A DNA stretch of 63,713 bases, filler included, from Choristocarpus tenellus KU-1152 (Eukaryota; Protista; Phaeophyceae), in assembly GCA_964200185.2 (NCBI GenBank). It is 11 parts of 11 records of this genome, joined end to end, with 100 filler letters (N's around TTAATTAATTAA, not from the genome) between each part and the next. Parts side by side here need not be neighbours in the genome. Positions count along the whole stretch, not along the records: positions 1 to 17,171 come from CAXNAD020000710.1; 10 more parts are not named here. One strand, written 5' to 3'. Made by a program: the position numbers and the translations under genes. Every line of letters starts with the position of its first letter. Within the stretch, counting starts at the first letter, position 1. Positions 1 through 14,800 of the stretch are shown one piece after another. The notes under the pieces were generated by a model. That model was not told where the DNA came from, ran no database searches, and saw only the letters and a list, made by a program, of their open reading frames with translations.

Positions 1-70
1 AACAACGACCCCCCCACGTGCCAATGGCGCTGCCCACGGATCGAGAGCGTCGGACAGCAATGCCAAGGGC

Positions 71-619
71 ATGTCCTCGCTCCTCGAACAGCACTACCTC
101 AGCATGTACAAGATGAAACTCGGCAACATCATGTGCACGGAGATGGTGCGGCCCCTGAGCGAGCCTGGCCTTGCGCGCGTCAGCAAGTCTATCCGTAAAA
201 AGGGCTGGCTCGAGCAGTTTGCTCCGTCCATCATCATCATCATCCAACGAGACTGCTTAGGAAACGGGGACCAGCTCACCGCCGACATCGCACTTGCCGT
301 TCAAGGACGCACACTGGACGAAAACCATAGAATAACGGTGTTGAAGAAAGAGTTTGACCACGAACGCGCTTTCAATTCAAGCAAGCAAGCCAACGCAGGG
401 CATAGATGTACACGACGATCAAACGAAATCGTTGCCGCCCCCCACACACTGTCCTACTACCACCTTCGTCGGGATGGATTCCCATTCGTAGCGAGGCCTT
501 CCAAAAGTGCCACAATATTAAAAAAAAACATATGTGCACTTTCCGCACACCAATCCACATCTCGCTCCTCAATTTCGATGATCGGCTATTACTACTACTT
601 CGAAGTACTCCATATATGA
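71..619 (+). CDS. ParB/Sulfiredoxin-like domain ORF (possibly 5'-truncated or decayed)
   Basis: Translation VRPLSEPGLARVSKSIRKKGWLEQFAPSIII...TLDENHRITVLKKEF follows the ParB N-terminal pattern (R..l..l..SI...G...P.i.V...iDG.HR..Al), with E in place of the G of DGxHR. The frame is open back to position 2. GC-rich up to about 500; similarity is not evident after about 370. Confidence 0.45.
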   Translation: MSSLLEQHYLSMYKMKLGNIMCTEMVRPLSEPGLARVSKSIRKKGWLEQFAPSIIIIIQRDCLGNGDQLTADIALAVQGRTLDENHRITVLKKEFDHERAFNSSKQANAGHRCTRRSNEIVAAPHTLSYYHLRRDGFPFVARPSKSATILKKNICALSAHQSTSRSSISMIGYYYYFEVLHI

Positions 620-819
620 TGCAATACTAATATATGGAAAGTTGGAGACTTCTTGGGGCACTTGGTCACTAGAGGGTATCAAGGTGAGTATCTGATGATA
701 ACCCTACCCAACACCTACCTAAAAAAAGCCTATGATCTCTCTATATACATCATACACATGAATAAATCACTTCCTCTTAGTGTTGATGTAATGGAGGGCA
801 AGTGTGGAATACAGTCCTA

Positions 820-2138
820 CTCCCTCTGTCCCATAAGTCTGCAATGATAAGGGTGAAACTTCTTGAGATAACCTCTAATGGATAAACAACTTTTTACGTT
901 GGATTCCTTGACGTTTTTTACATGAAAGTTGTTCTTCGTCACTTTCCTTGTGCCATCAATCTACCAATCCACCGCCGCATCAAAGCCCTCTGACACTTCT
1001 GACCGATTTTGATTGACTTCCTTCACGCTGCCTTTTCTTAGTTTGGTGTGCTGTACCTCAAAATCGCGACCCCCTAGCGCCTTCAAAACTTGATTATACC
1101 ACTCAAAGAGGCCTTGCCACATCCGCTCTAAAGTAGCTGCATCGTACACACCATTTATGCTCTTAACTCCCTTTACAAGGTCGTCTATTGTACCGAAACG
1201 CTACCTCCAAACTCTACCTGTTAGGGATGCAACCCCCCCCGAGTTGTTGATATTGAGATCAGGCAACTGCGCAGGCTGCCTTACGAGCTTGGCATCCCCC
1301 CCCCCCCTCTCTCAGCTTCCTCAAGCTTCTGTGGTGTCTTTTCTCATATGGGGGGTTACTCCGTCCTGGTGCGTGACCACCTCCTGACCCTCCAACAATG
1401 ACATTTTTCCCTTCAATGCAGGGAGAAAAGTCCCACAACTCCTAGTACCAATCTGCACTGATGGTCATATTTAAGTCATACTGCTGCCCCCTCTTGCGGC
1501 AGACTGACTTTCTATGAACCTGCTTGATGACGCAAACACGCCAGATTCAGACCTTGCTGTTGAAATCGCGAGAAGGATCTGGGCGTGAAACGACACAGAT
1601 GACTATCAGTTTAGGAATGTAACTCTTATGCTGTACCTTGGTGGAGCCCACCCTTTCCTCCCTGACCTATCCTTTCGGAACCTGTTTCTCACAGGGAGGA
1701 AGCGCTAAAGTGTAGGGTACCGTCTGCGTGTTTCGAACTGCCTTGCTTAGGTCGCAATTATTGCCTGGGGCCAATGAGTTCCCAGTGAAAGATGGCGGAC
1801 TTGTCGGAGCGCCCAAATTGGGTACCGGACTCACATCACAGATGGTCTGGAGGCTAAGGAAGAGTCGTACGGCTCTTGATGATGCGCTGAGATGTTGTAC
1901 CCCTGGCTGTGCGTAGCGCATTAATTGAAAATGGGCATGATAAAGGACCGTTTTTCGGTTCCACTTCTCGGAAAAGATTCAGAACTATTTCAGAACAAGA
2001 CGCGAAAAAAATTACGTCCAAACAATTATATCCAGGGCTTCAATTAGAGGCATACATCACCACAACACTCCATATTTGTGAAGAAATGACCAAAAGAAAA
2101 AGTGAAAATTTGTAACACCGCAGACTTATGGGATGGAG
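820..2138 (-). mobile_element. Internally deleted plant-type mariner (DD39D-like) transposon
   Basis: TIRs CTCCCTCTGTCCCATAAGTCTGC (820) and GCAGACTTATGGGATGGAG (ends 2138), with TA on both sides. Minus-strand remnants QHKSYIPKLIVICVVSRPD, DGVTPH, QPAQLPDLN and YDAATLERMWQGLFEWYNQVL; frameshifted. Confidence 0.85.
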
Positions 2139-2865
2139 TATTTCCAAAGTTGTTACCTACTCACAAGCAAATTTAGATCCTCTGTCTTCTAATGAGTTGT
2201 CAAGGAAATCAGCTTACTTAATTGGCTAAGACAAATCAACAATGCTAACCAGTTTGTCCTCATCACTCAACCCATAATCATCAATAATTTCCCAATCCTC
2301 TTATCACCATTTTGGAGTATCACAATCAACTATTAAATGAGTTCCTGATGCACGTTCACTTCTCCAGGCAAAGTAGTATGATGCGAGTAATATTACTCAC
2401 GTTGATGAAAACAACGGACAGCTACTAAATGTTGTACAATGAGCGATGGGCTGGATCAGGTTAGAAAAGAGCTACTACGAAAGACAGGATTTTCTGTATG
2501 TAACGTTGGGGCATTATATTGCAAGAACTCAACTACTCTGTTCTATAGAATGGATATCAATTCCAGATAACACAATGAAAAAACACAAGTTCACATCTCA
2601 TACTCCTCGGCATGTGGAGTTAAGCATCCTCGCCATAGTGTTGAATGTTCAACAGCATAATCAAAACCGTCAAAACCCTCCAAAATAAGTAAAAACTCAT
2701 GCCTCACCGTCTTGTGAATAATTTGTTACAAAGATAACAGTAAGGTTTATTACCAACATTGTGCATAGGACAAGCATGATGCAACAAGCATCCCTTGTGG
2801 CCCTCTTATCCCTCCTAGGTCCCATTTTTTTCCTGTACACATTATATTGTCCCCACTATCACCAG

Positions 2866-5800
2866 CTAAAACTCGTCCTGGTGAGCCCAGACCTTGACGG
2901 TTCTATCAAATGAACAAGTCACAACTCTCCTTTCATCTGGGGATATACCACAGCCTGTGACCTGCATATGCAAAAAGGTACCCCATAAGGGAGGGGTGGC
3001 AATACAGGCATGATTGTGAGATTATTCTTTAATTGACTTTTTCATAATGGGTGATTCCACACAGTCTTCCACTACACCACAACAGTTGTATAGCGCTCCC
3101 AGCACCTTTTCTCGCCTCTCTAAACACACCTCAAAGAGGTACTCAACCGTAAGTGAACAAGCAATCTGTGCTTTTTGCTTCAGCTGTACAGATAAGGAGT
3201 GCATGCGGGCAACTGCTAGTACTTCATGTTTGTTATCTACACATAAGTTTACCAACTTAATGGGTCAGCTGTGTTATGTGTATGTCCCTGTGTGGACCAC
3301 TGTGGGTACCACTTGTGTCCTGTCCTCTACAAGTGAACCCGATCATTACCTCACCATCTTCCTCAAGGCAAAAGCAAAACCCTTTTCTAAACCTATCCAC
3401 GAAGATCCAAAGCCTTTTAGCCAACACCTCCATTGTCTATCATTGCTGAAGTTGCTATGTGCACATTTCTCCTTGCAGGAGTATTCTAAACTGTAACCAA
3501 GCATCAAATCCCTTCTTTTTTCCTGTCCTTGGGTGCATTGCTTGCCCTCACCTTGCCCTCATGACCTGAAAGAGTCCTTAGCAGGGACCAATCACGTGTC
3601 GACCATATTTTTGCCATTCCATCAAAGGAAGATGTCACCAACACCTCACCTGAAGCCTTCCCATATCTGCATATATAAAACAGGGCAGTGCACAAGCATG
3701 AAGCCTGAGTTAGGACACACAGTAACATCAATGCCATTCAGAAAAAGTATACTGTGAGTACCATATTAATCATTGGTTTGTTGTACCCACGTCAGGACAT
3801 CTGTGCACCCAAAGCAAGAAAAGTATACTTTGGAGTTTAAGCATAATAATACCTTCATAATAATGTTCATAGTGTGAGGGGAGGCGATGCAAGAGGGGGC
3901 ATGCAATATACCCACTCTTCAACGAGAAGTGCCTCCCCTAGGAGCATTGGCAACAAAGAAGAGCAAGTCCCTCAAGTAGGCACAAGCATCACTATTCATA
4001 AATTGTCAATGCACTCACCTGCTGGTAATCCAATCAATCCAAATACATCAACTCAACCTCACACCTCCACACATCCCCAAGTAGTCACACTTGTGTATAC
4101 ACCAAAAATAGTGTATGGACCTCTAGTAACACATCTGTCCCACTATCCCTAAGAGATCTCTTTCACCGATAGACAGGAAAAAACCAAACCTTCGACCTGA
4201 AAGCAACAGAAAGCATGAAAACAACACTCTACAAAGGAAGTATACAATCAGACACAGCAGGGGGTGGGGTTGGATGCCAAGATAACCTCACCGTACATCT
4301 GAAACAAGAGCGCTATGAGCAGGTAGGCAGTAAATTGACTGCCTCTTTCTCACGTCCCACACACGCACCTGTTGGGATTGGGGGCAACATAGGGTGGGGG
4401 GTGGAGGGGGCGCAGTAACGAATGTGCAAAAGGATGGGGTTGGTTGAAGAGAGCTGCCACCTGCAAGCTGTAAAAGGTGGATAAAGGCATAGCAACAAAA
4501 GGTTTGCTTCAGCAGAGGGAATACAATATACTTGAAAGAACTTTGAGTAAGTGACTTCCTTCGTAGTAGGGATTTGTTAACTACAAAAAGCCTCCACAGA
4601 TAAATACAGATCTGTAGTACATAAATGAGATGCAAATGTGGTTAAATTTCACGAAAACTAACACATTGATGTGGTAAAAAAACGTGTGAAAGAAACATAC
4701 CTTACAGGGTAACACTTGCAAGACATCAAAGGCTGATAAGTGGGTTCACAAATGCATACACATCTTAGAAAGCAACGGGTACCCAGTGCATGCTTGCTGA
4801 CCAACTTTGGTGCCTTAATCACTCAGCATGGGAATTGAATGGAAGGTTGGTGACAAAGGCAACAGTCACTGTGTGCTTTACAAATTCCCTACTAAAAAAT
4901 CATGCTAAAACCATAACTGTCCTTGAAATGGTCTTGAGAAGAACTATGACCTGTCCAAGTATCTCATATTGATCTAATAACATATATCAATGTGTTTCAG
5001 GCTGAGAGCAACACAAAGTTTACAATAAATAACATGAACCTGTTGCAGTCAAGAATACATGTAGTACATCAATCATCGCCCTTTCTCTTATACCCCAGTC
5101 TCAAAATACATTGTAGGCAGGTGGTTAACCCTTAACTCTGTCACGACATGGTAATTCAGACAGGCAACACAGTGAGGACCCATTATCGTCCTACAACCTG
5201 ACCTATCATTTCTACAAGGGCATAACTAAGCAAGTTGAGCACACGTTCTTTAATGCTACAGCAATACAGTTATCACAAATGTTTCTTGTGCTGGAAGATT
5301 GATAGGAACCAAAGACAGAGGGGGAGGGGGGGGGGGAGGACCCCCCCTTCAAAAGCACATACAATGTTGATATTTGATTTGAAGAAGTAAAGGTCTATTA
5401 GGTGTCGCTCACAGTGTGGTCATCACTCCCAGTTGCAACCTCGTACCCACAAGGTGAGAAGTCTGTGCACGTCACTTGCTGGAGGGTGTCAAAACACAGA
5501 AACATAGAGACACCAGTAGGTGAGAGATGGGAGGTGAATCGAATAACTCTGAGAAAAATGGGGTCTCGCTTTCTCCACATACAACTTGGGCATTGATTGA
5601 GGTATTTTGAGCAAGTTGGAGGGGATGTTCAGGTGGAAACAAAATCAATGGGAAAGGAGAGGCGACACAATTGCTTATAGCATGTTTCAAGTATTACATC
5701 TAATTTCCTCTTCATCACAATCAGGTCCAGTAACACATTTTGCAGGTACTATTAATGATTGTTTCCAACATCCTGTATGAACACACTAAGAACAGTCATT

Positions 5801-8800
5801 ATTAGTGCACAATCATCCTTTTCCGCAATCGAGATTCCTTTCAATGACAAGGTTGCACCTGAATAACCAACATAAACCATGTTTGCACAAAAAAGTAATT
5901 AGCATTGATTTTTTGGCCAGAAAAAAACCCAAAGGAGGTCAAAAGGTAGGTGACCGTATTACCAACTTGCTACTGGGCGATCCTGGTAGAGAGGGCACGG
6001 CTACTGCATTAGAGTTAGGGTTAACCTGGTATCACAAGGAAGTAAATGATCCCTATTTGTTTTGACTAAAGTCAATGTAGCCATTGCTACAAACCAAACT
6101 CTTAACATAAATTAAATAGAGTTGTAAGCATCGTCAAAACAAAATCCTCAGCACATACATACACAAGAGGAATACAACAACCAACCAGGTTGCCCTAACC
6201 CTATAGATGTATATGTATGTGCCAGGTCAGGCTCAGCAGGCATGCACCATGCACAGGAGATAAAAAAAGTAAACTACACAGGGACAACCTTGAACAGGAA
6301 GTCAACTATGCTCATATGTGGAAAAAAATACGAAGTTCCATCCACAGAACCAATTGTGCTGCCTGACTGAAGAAACTACACCTTGCATCCCAATAATACT
6401 TCCTAAAAAAAATCAGGACTTCTCATTAGGCTGTCCAGGTGCAAAGGGACCGGTCTGTGAGCTGGACCAGTTCCAATATTTCCGAACATGTCCAGACCAG
6501 GGCTGTCAGATATATTAAGCAGACCGGTGCAGACTGGCTTCTATCAATGCTACCTAACATATCACTGAGGGTGTGCCTGAACAGAGGTGTCTAAAAAACA
6601 TGTTTTTTTCAGCTTCATTAGCGATGACTTATGTTCTATGTTTGCATCTTATCCGTAACCCCAAAGGTGGACTTAGCGGGGTGTTTGGAGGACAAAAACT
6701 AAACGTCCACATTGGAGTTTGGTGGAAATACCTATGAGATCCTCATGAATGTCCACTTGCCATCAGAACACATGGTATGAACTGCCTTATCAATCACTGG
6801 TTCCTATCATGGTAGAGCTGTGGATCTTACGAGATTTCAGTTTTTCCCACAGAACAAACTTATTCGCTCATGTATTGGGGTTATGTTTGATTTATTTTAT
6901 TACAGGGTTGGCCTGAACCCTCTTGACCAGGCTGGTCTAAATAATAAAATAATGTTATTCCATGGTCATGAAGTGCTTCAACATCTCCACACCACTGGAT
7001 GGACAGTGGTCATGTCCTGGACCCTGGCCATGCCAACTATCTGAACCGATGAAAAGCTCCCCCAAAAAATAAGTAACACGCCTGGAAAGAAGAGTTCGGT
7101 CTTCACTAACAACAGCAGCGCTAACCCACACCTCAAGGTTTGCAACAATTCATCATGTGCAATGTACTACACCCTTCAGCTCTTTGCACAAACACACTAC
7201 AATAAGTCATTCACCACTTCAACCAACAGATGCCACACTTGTAATCAGCACTCCACAAACCCTCCAGTATACCTTAAACCTATAAAATAAACTCCTCATG
7301 AAGATGAGACCCTCATCCATTTCACTTCAATTTCAAACGGCAATAACAGTGCATCCCAGCACTCACTGTGTTGCAGCAACCGATGAATCACTTACCATCC
7401 TACGGGTCCCTTTCCTACTAACTACACCCAATACCAACACCTCAAATGCTGATTGTGTCATCCAATGAGACCAACAAATACCAACAAACACCACGGCTTT
7501 TCACCAGGCTGTGCAATCAACATGCCCAATGTCGGCCACACTGCCGCAGGTTGGTCCATGGTCCAGCCATGTTGAAACGGTCAATGGCCATGGGCTTGTT
7601 CATGTTTGAACTTGGATATACATGGCTGGTGGTGGCCCCAGTCATGTTGAGTAAGCGATCTCCATGACTCGGTCATGTTAGAACATTTTATCGATGGCCG
7701 GTCAGGTAATGTATCTTTTGAACTCAGGCCAGCCACGTCATGGCCATGCCTTCTATTTTATATTTTACCACTCTTTTTGGATATTGCATCCATCCTAAAT
7801 TTCTAAATTATTTCACATTGTTTAATTTAGAACACTAAAATTGTAAATTTAATACAAATGCATCGTTGGGCGCTTGAGGTGATTTGTGATCTGTATGTGT
7901 GTGCGAATGTCTCACATTCACACTTGTATAACATGTAGTGGACATGGTCTGGACATGCCAGAAAAAAATTAGACAGGCTGGCTGGTGGACACGGACGGGT
8001 ACAATACCCTGTGGACATGGTCTCAATACATCAGAGAATGTTTGACCTGGTCCAGCCAGCGGACATGGACTGGTTCAATACCTAGAGGACATGGTCCAGG
8101 AAATGTTAAGTAATTGTGGGACCAGTCCGACCAGTGGATGAGACTTAAAAAATTGCTGTAGTGGCAAAGCCCTGACAAACACCCTTCATTTCTCCCCCAA
8201 GAACTGGCACCTTGACATGCCCCTCCATGGTCCAGAGGCTCTTTCCTGATCGTAAGTCCCACACTTGTCCAACGCCATTGAGGTCTCCTGTTGCCACCAA
8301 TGCCCCATCCTGGGTGTTACAAACACGAGCAGAGATACATAAGAGCAGAGACAGAGAGATGCACGTGGACAGAAATTATCAGCACCTAGGCTAGAAAGGC
8401 CAAGTATGGAGAACAAAAGAGGAACAGGTAGAAGAGACAGGACAGGAAAGGACTCTCACACAGTTGAAGTCAAGGAAACATGGAGGGGGGGCAAGTGTAA
8501 TTTTGTCGGCTTTCATCAGGGTAACAGCACACGGGAGTTCATATGCTTACCAGAGAGACTGTACACAAAATAAAATTCTGTGTCCATTTTTTTTTTATCT
8601 TAGACAACCTCATACTGTAGAACACTCCCCCCCCTTACACCAATGATGTTACACAGCTATATTGATTTATATATTAAGTTGTGATTGACTTGACCCATAC
8701 CAAATGACAGGCCGTTAGTGCCAAACTCCACTACCCTCTGAAATCACTAGCACCCCCATGCAGTCCCTCTGGTCAAGCTCACACATCGTGTCCATCTCGA

Positions 8801-11800
8801 GCATGAGATGTAAGATGCAATGGTGATCACTAATGCAGCTCACCGTCTGGAAGCTGATGCCATAGACCTTCTGGTGGTGGCCATCCTGCATTTGACATCA
8901 ATCAGGGGGACAAGGTGGAGGAGAGAATAAAATAAAAGCGTTAGCAGTGATATGTATGGTACGGCCAACCAGGTGTGATGTGTGCAGGGTTTCAGTGTTG
9001 CGGATGGCCTTTTTCTGGGATCCTTCATGTCTGGTCAAAGGTCAGTTTGCACCTGGTTTGCAGTAGAACAAAGGACCTATTAATAGTTCTCAATGGGAAG
9101 ATAGTTTTGCACAAAAGGGGACCACAAATCTTCACCCCTCCTTCATAAACAAACAAACAGCAAAGCAAAAGTGACACTCAATGCACCTTCAGTATAATAT
9201 CATTAAATAGCAAGGCTTATAACAGAAATGACTACCAAGGGACTGATTACAGCATTTGGACAGCAATCCACAATACCAGAGTATTTTAATGACAGTAATC
9301 GCTATGGTATTCTGCCGGAATGTACCATGATAATTCTACAAAACTGTACTGTTACCACCCCCCCAAAACAAATGCTAATTGCTACCCTACCGTATCATAC
9401 TACTAATAGCACATAACCAGGACTTACCATACCCTTTATACAACCAACCACACAACCCTCAGATAAATAATAAACCATTTTTTGTGAACCAATATACTCT
9501 ACTTCCTCTGTTTGGAATTAAATATAACATAGCCTTTGCAGCCTCAATGAGAAAGCAAGATTTTTTTTAGCACATTTTAGTGTTTTATGTGTGTATTGTG
9601 CAGACACTAAAATGTTTCCCGCCAAAATCTCAAACAAAATGGGGCAGGTTGCACCTATCCCCGATTCTGCCCCAGAAGCCCTCCAAAGGTCCATTCCAGC
9701 ATGGTATTTCACCCACCCACCATGGCATTCGGGGGGAAGCTTGCCCGACTTCTCAGCCTTTTCCTTACTAGAATGGGGAATTTTGAAGGTGTTGTCACCC
9801 TTGGACCCCAGCACTTCACTGTAGACTGCAAAGAGGCTCTGCCAGACACGCTCTTGTGTTCCTGACGGTAGACATTGAACACCTCCATTGTGTTTGTGGC
9901 CTCCACCAACTCCTCTCTGTTGGTCACCCCCACGTCTTCCTTCAGTTGCTGGATGGAATGAATGAATCCCAGGTCATTGGTGTTGAGGTCAGGTGAGTTG
10001 GCTGGCTGGGTCTCTATGACAATGTCGTCCCCTGCCGCCTCCTTGATTGCCTCCATGATCCCCCCCTTGGTGTGTGACTTTACCCCATCCTGCTGCATGA
10101 AGATGGTATCTCCTTCAGGCATAGGCACACAGGCCTTGATTGCAGGGATGACATCCTCCATCATGACCTTCGTGTATCTCTCCCTGTCCACCATGGCTGG
10201 CAAAAGCACCTTGATGCCCTTGGGGTGGTGTTCGCTGGGGTACTGAGTGACCTTAGTGTCCACAATCAGCCAGATCCATCCCCACTTTCCTATTGAACCA
10301 CACCCTGCTGGAGAGCCTCCTAGGGTGGGACACAGTTGCAAGGGACATCACCTTCGTAATGTAATGCTTAGTTTGTGCCTGTGGGGGTTTGGGGGCGTCC
10401 TCATTGGGGAGCAGGTACACACCTTGCCTATCTTTGAGGATGTAAAACCACGTCTTGTCCACATGCACCCAGTCATACAGATTGTCTACTAATACCCCCT
10501 TTCCCCCCCTCCCGTGGGTGTATCTGGTGATGACAAAACCCAGTCTGTTGACTATCTGCTGGTCCGAGAGGATTAATCCGCCACTTGACCTTCTTCACCT
10601 TCTCATGCTTGCACAGATACCGCAACGAGGCAAGGGAGACCCCAGCTTTGGTCGACCATTTGTGGAAGCATGTGCAGTGTACTGATGAGACATCCCAAAC
10701 ATCAAGGATAATTGTATGGCGGTCACATCCCCCCTTGCAACACCGTACAAGGTCCATGCATTCACCCCATGCGATCTGGCTGTCATACTCCCAGACATGG
10801 TGATTGAGAAATTACAAAATCCTCTGCAATGGTCACTGCTGTCCCCCGAGGCATCCAAGTGTCACACCCTCTCGCCTCCAGGAATTGTGTTACCATGCTG
10901 TTCTTTGTTGGGGTGTTTGAGTCCTAACCCTGGATAGACTTCTGGATTGAAGAACTGGGACTGACAGGTTACCATGAGATGAGTGACATGCTCAAATGAC
11001 GTGGAGTCTTCGTCCAAGGCATCAATCAGCACCCACTCTGACAGTTTCACGAGGTCATTGAACCCAGTCAAATACAAATTGGTTGACCTTGTACTGGTGA
11101 TCCTCCACAGTCATGACAGCCCACCATCTCAAACTTTGCATGCCTCCCGATCTATATGAGAACTAAGCCTCGTCCAGAGGGTTTATCGTGTGAGTTGTTC
11201 TCGGGCAAGAATGGAGCTTGCATAAGTTATGTTACATTTAATTCCAAACAGAGGAAGTATGTGGTATTATGTACTTAGGGTTAGAGCAAATACATAGGTG
11301 TACCATACCCTGCATAAAACCTGTAACAGATTTGAACTGTACCAAACAATAAATTGTCAGAATCAGCATAACGGTGTGATTAACTTTGAAAGAACCTGAC
11401 AACTGTGTGTATTATTGAACATATACAGCAATCGGGGTATGCAAATAAATGCCGATGGTGCAACTTATAATGCCATACTGATCCACCAATCCCCCAATAT
11501 CTGGTTGGCGGGAACCTCCTATTTGACCTCAAAACCGTTGGCCTGATAACACCTAGGCTACACTGGTACTATGGTTGTAGACGATCACACCATCACACTC
11601 CTTAACACTACAACAAAATAACTGTAGAGTACAGTTACAATAAAGTTACTAAGTCAGATAACCCGCAGACATAGATACATAGACAATAGGTGTCATTCTA
11701 TTGGACAGTCAACCAGGGTGTCATGACAGTGGGTCCTAGGGTATGTATGACAGTCCCATGTGGTAGAAATCTGGATCACCATGGAAAAGTGTGGGATCAG

Positions 11801-14800
11801 TGTACCTTTTGTTGTCATAGGGTCATATCGTAGAGCGCTATCTGAATGTCAAAAGAGTAACGTCAGAAACAGTGGTATTTTTGTACTATACCTTTTTTTC
11901 TCTCTAAAAACACTATTTTACTCTACCATACACATGTTGTCACAGTGTAAATTAGAATGTGTTTGATATTTTCTTTAGCAAACTTCCATTACTGTGCCTT
12001 TTTTTGTTTCTTCCAAAATTAAGGTTAGGGTACCCTAGTCTGAAACAACTATCATAACGAGCCTTACTAAAATCGCTACACAAACACCTCTGGATAGCAC
12101 AAAAACAAGTAACATATCTTATGAAATCATAATGCAGAGAAGAAGAAGAGAGACAACCCAAACCAACCACAGGCAGTACCACATGCCTATATCTAAATGA
12201 TGTCAAATTGATTCTGTACTCTCATCCATCACAACCATCACAACCATAAATCGTGGAGCAGTTCAGTTGAGACAAAAGGAAGGAGGAGTAGAGGATTTGG
12301 TCTATGGTCTATGGTCTGAGAAGAAAAAATGGCAGGTGATAACACTGCTACAGATCTGTACAATGCTTGAATGCCGCTAGACTCAACATGTTGGTAAGGA
12401 AAAGGTATACCCTACGTGAGCTAAACACAATACATGTGGCACCATGAATACGTAACAGAACCCTCACCATCAATTTTCAAGGATGACTGACCCCTGTCTT
12501 GTTCCAACAATAAACCATAACATAACACATGGTATACTGACTGTTACAACAATAATAAGATAAATAGTACACACCACCGAACCTAAGAATTGGCTTTACC
12601 ACAGGATCACACCATACATTCTCCCCCCCCCCCCCTAACAGAGAGCACTAAAGTGTATCTAATAATTTTTAACACATGCTATGCTCAACTAGTATATTGT
12701 CTTGATCACAGCTTCCCAGGTCCAATTCCCTCCTTACCCCCTCTATCCCTGAGACCCAGAGACCAGTCCAACCACTATGAGTACCTCTAAGTACCTCTAT
12801 AATCAAATGAGTACCAAACACAAGCAAATCTCTGCACCAGCTTAACAAACCTGCAGTAAGATCTCTTCCCCGGTCTCTACATCCCACAGGCGCCACGTAT
12901 GATCAAAGCTGGTCGTGCCCAGAAAACGCCCACTGGGGTGGAAATCCACTCTTGCAAGCCGGTCCATATGCCCTTGGAGGGTCTGCACACACTCCCCACT
13001 CTGGCAGTCCCACACCTTGGCAGTCCTGTGGGTAATGTAGGCAATGCACACAAAAATTAGTCAAGGTATTCTCTGTAGTACACAGTATGAGCATTTAATA
13101 TACATTTAAAAAATCACTCTGTGGTTAGTAGACTATGCTTTCAACCATAGACAACAAGTTCAACGATAAACAAACCGGGTCCCAATGCTGTACTTGGAAG
13201 TACAAATCTTCAAGTGAAGGGATGAAATTGCGCACTCAAAAGAGAACAACTAATGAACAGGTCTACAGGTGTGCCTAAAGATGGAAGCCAAAAATAAGTC
13301 ACTTTGTGATGGGACTATGCAGCAGCCTTTGACACGACCATCAGCAATAAAAAATGCTCTGATTCTGTATTCTCACAGGAAAGACATATACACACATACC
13401 AGTAAACAGCAGGCTGCAAACAAGACTAAACACCTCTGCTGCCTCATTAAAAAAAACTGAAAATGATTAGATATACTGCACCAGAAGTGCCAAACAAGAT
13501 GCAGTGGTTCAAGCAGAAACTACTTTAAAGTATCAATTACACATGCTGTTCACACATGTTCCCTCTAGCCCCATTCTTTCAATAACGACTCTGCTCCATG
13601 CTTTGTCCCAATCAATGAACAAAATAGTACCTCCCTACCACCGTTGCAGTTAGCGTTCACCAACCTTGCATCAATCTATACCACATGGTGAAAGCTCCTC
13701 TACAAATCTCATTCCCTTCTGCCAGGAAAGTCACAAGGAGACAACACCTACTCCTCTAGGTATCCCATTTATCACCGACCTGGGCTAGGCACTGTGACTC
13801 TACCAAAAGCCCCCAAAACACATGGTGACTCGAGGTCCAAGGTTGACTTCGCCTTGTTAACTTCCATCTTTATCAGTCAAGTTACAAAAATGCCTGGCCG
13901 AATGTCAGCAACACAAAACAAAATCACAACAAGATCACACCCCACCACACTAATACACCACAGTACAGCAGTACCAAAGGTGACCAAGGTCAACCTTGAG
14001 ACCACAGGCAAAGGTCCAGGATTGTGCACAAGTCATGATTACCCCGCCAATACCAATATCAGAGTGACAACCAACTACGAACAGTGACAACAAACCAGAA
14101 GGAACAATTAGCTAACAATTAGCTCTCACTTGTCAGCAGCCCCTGTGCCTAAAAATGTTTTCTCAGAGGAGTACGCCTCAGGGTGCCAGGACATTCCGGT
14201 GATGCGCTCGGAGTGTCCTCGGAGCACTTTGTGCATGCTCAGGTTCTGTATTAACATTTATTTTTTTGAAAGGGTAGGACAGGTCACATAAAAAAAAGGA
14301 AATCTATCATGGCAGCAACGGGACATGGGGCCAAAAACCAGCAGCATGCTGGTAAACAACGAGGATTTGCAGGAGAAGTAGGAAGGATTGTGTGTAGGAT
14401 GATTATACTCAAAAGTTGTTTGTCTTGGACAAACGCATCCGAAAAAAAGGAGAAGACTGGTTCGAAACTGTTGAAGGCACCAGTGGAAGTTCTTCTGAGT
14501 GGAAGGTGAAAACCTGCAGTTGCAGTGGGTCAAGTATACAGACTCAAGAGTTAAGGCAGTCAACACTGCTGACTGTGGGACAACCAGAAAGTGTCAAAAC
14601 ACACCCCAAATAATGATATCAACACTAGGAAGTGCTAAACCTTCCCACTGCAACATAACCAGGCCCTGCAGGCCCTGCACAGGCCAATCTTGTGTTCCAC
14701 ACACACACACACACACACACACAGGATGATTTCTAACTTAGACTAGCCCCACCCGGCTGCTTTCCCCGGGGTATTGAGAGGACAATTTTGTGTGTGCACA

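Noticed and set aside
6010-6205. Scattered TTAGGG/CCCTAA motifs (also near 11275, 12025, 25012, 59775) as telomeric arrays
   Set aside because: Only one or two units each; not arrays.
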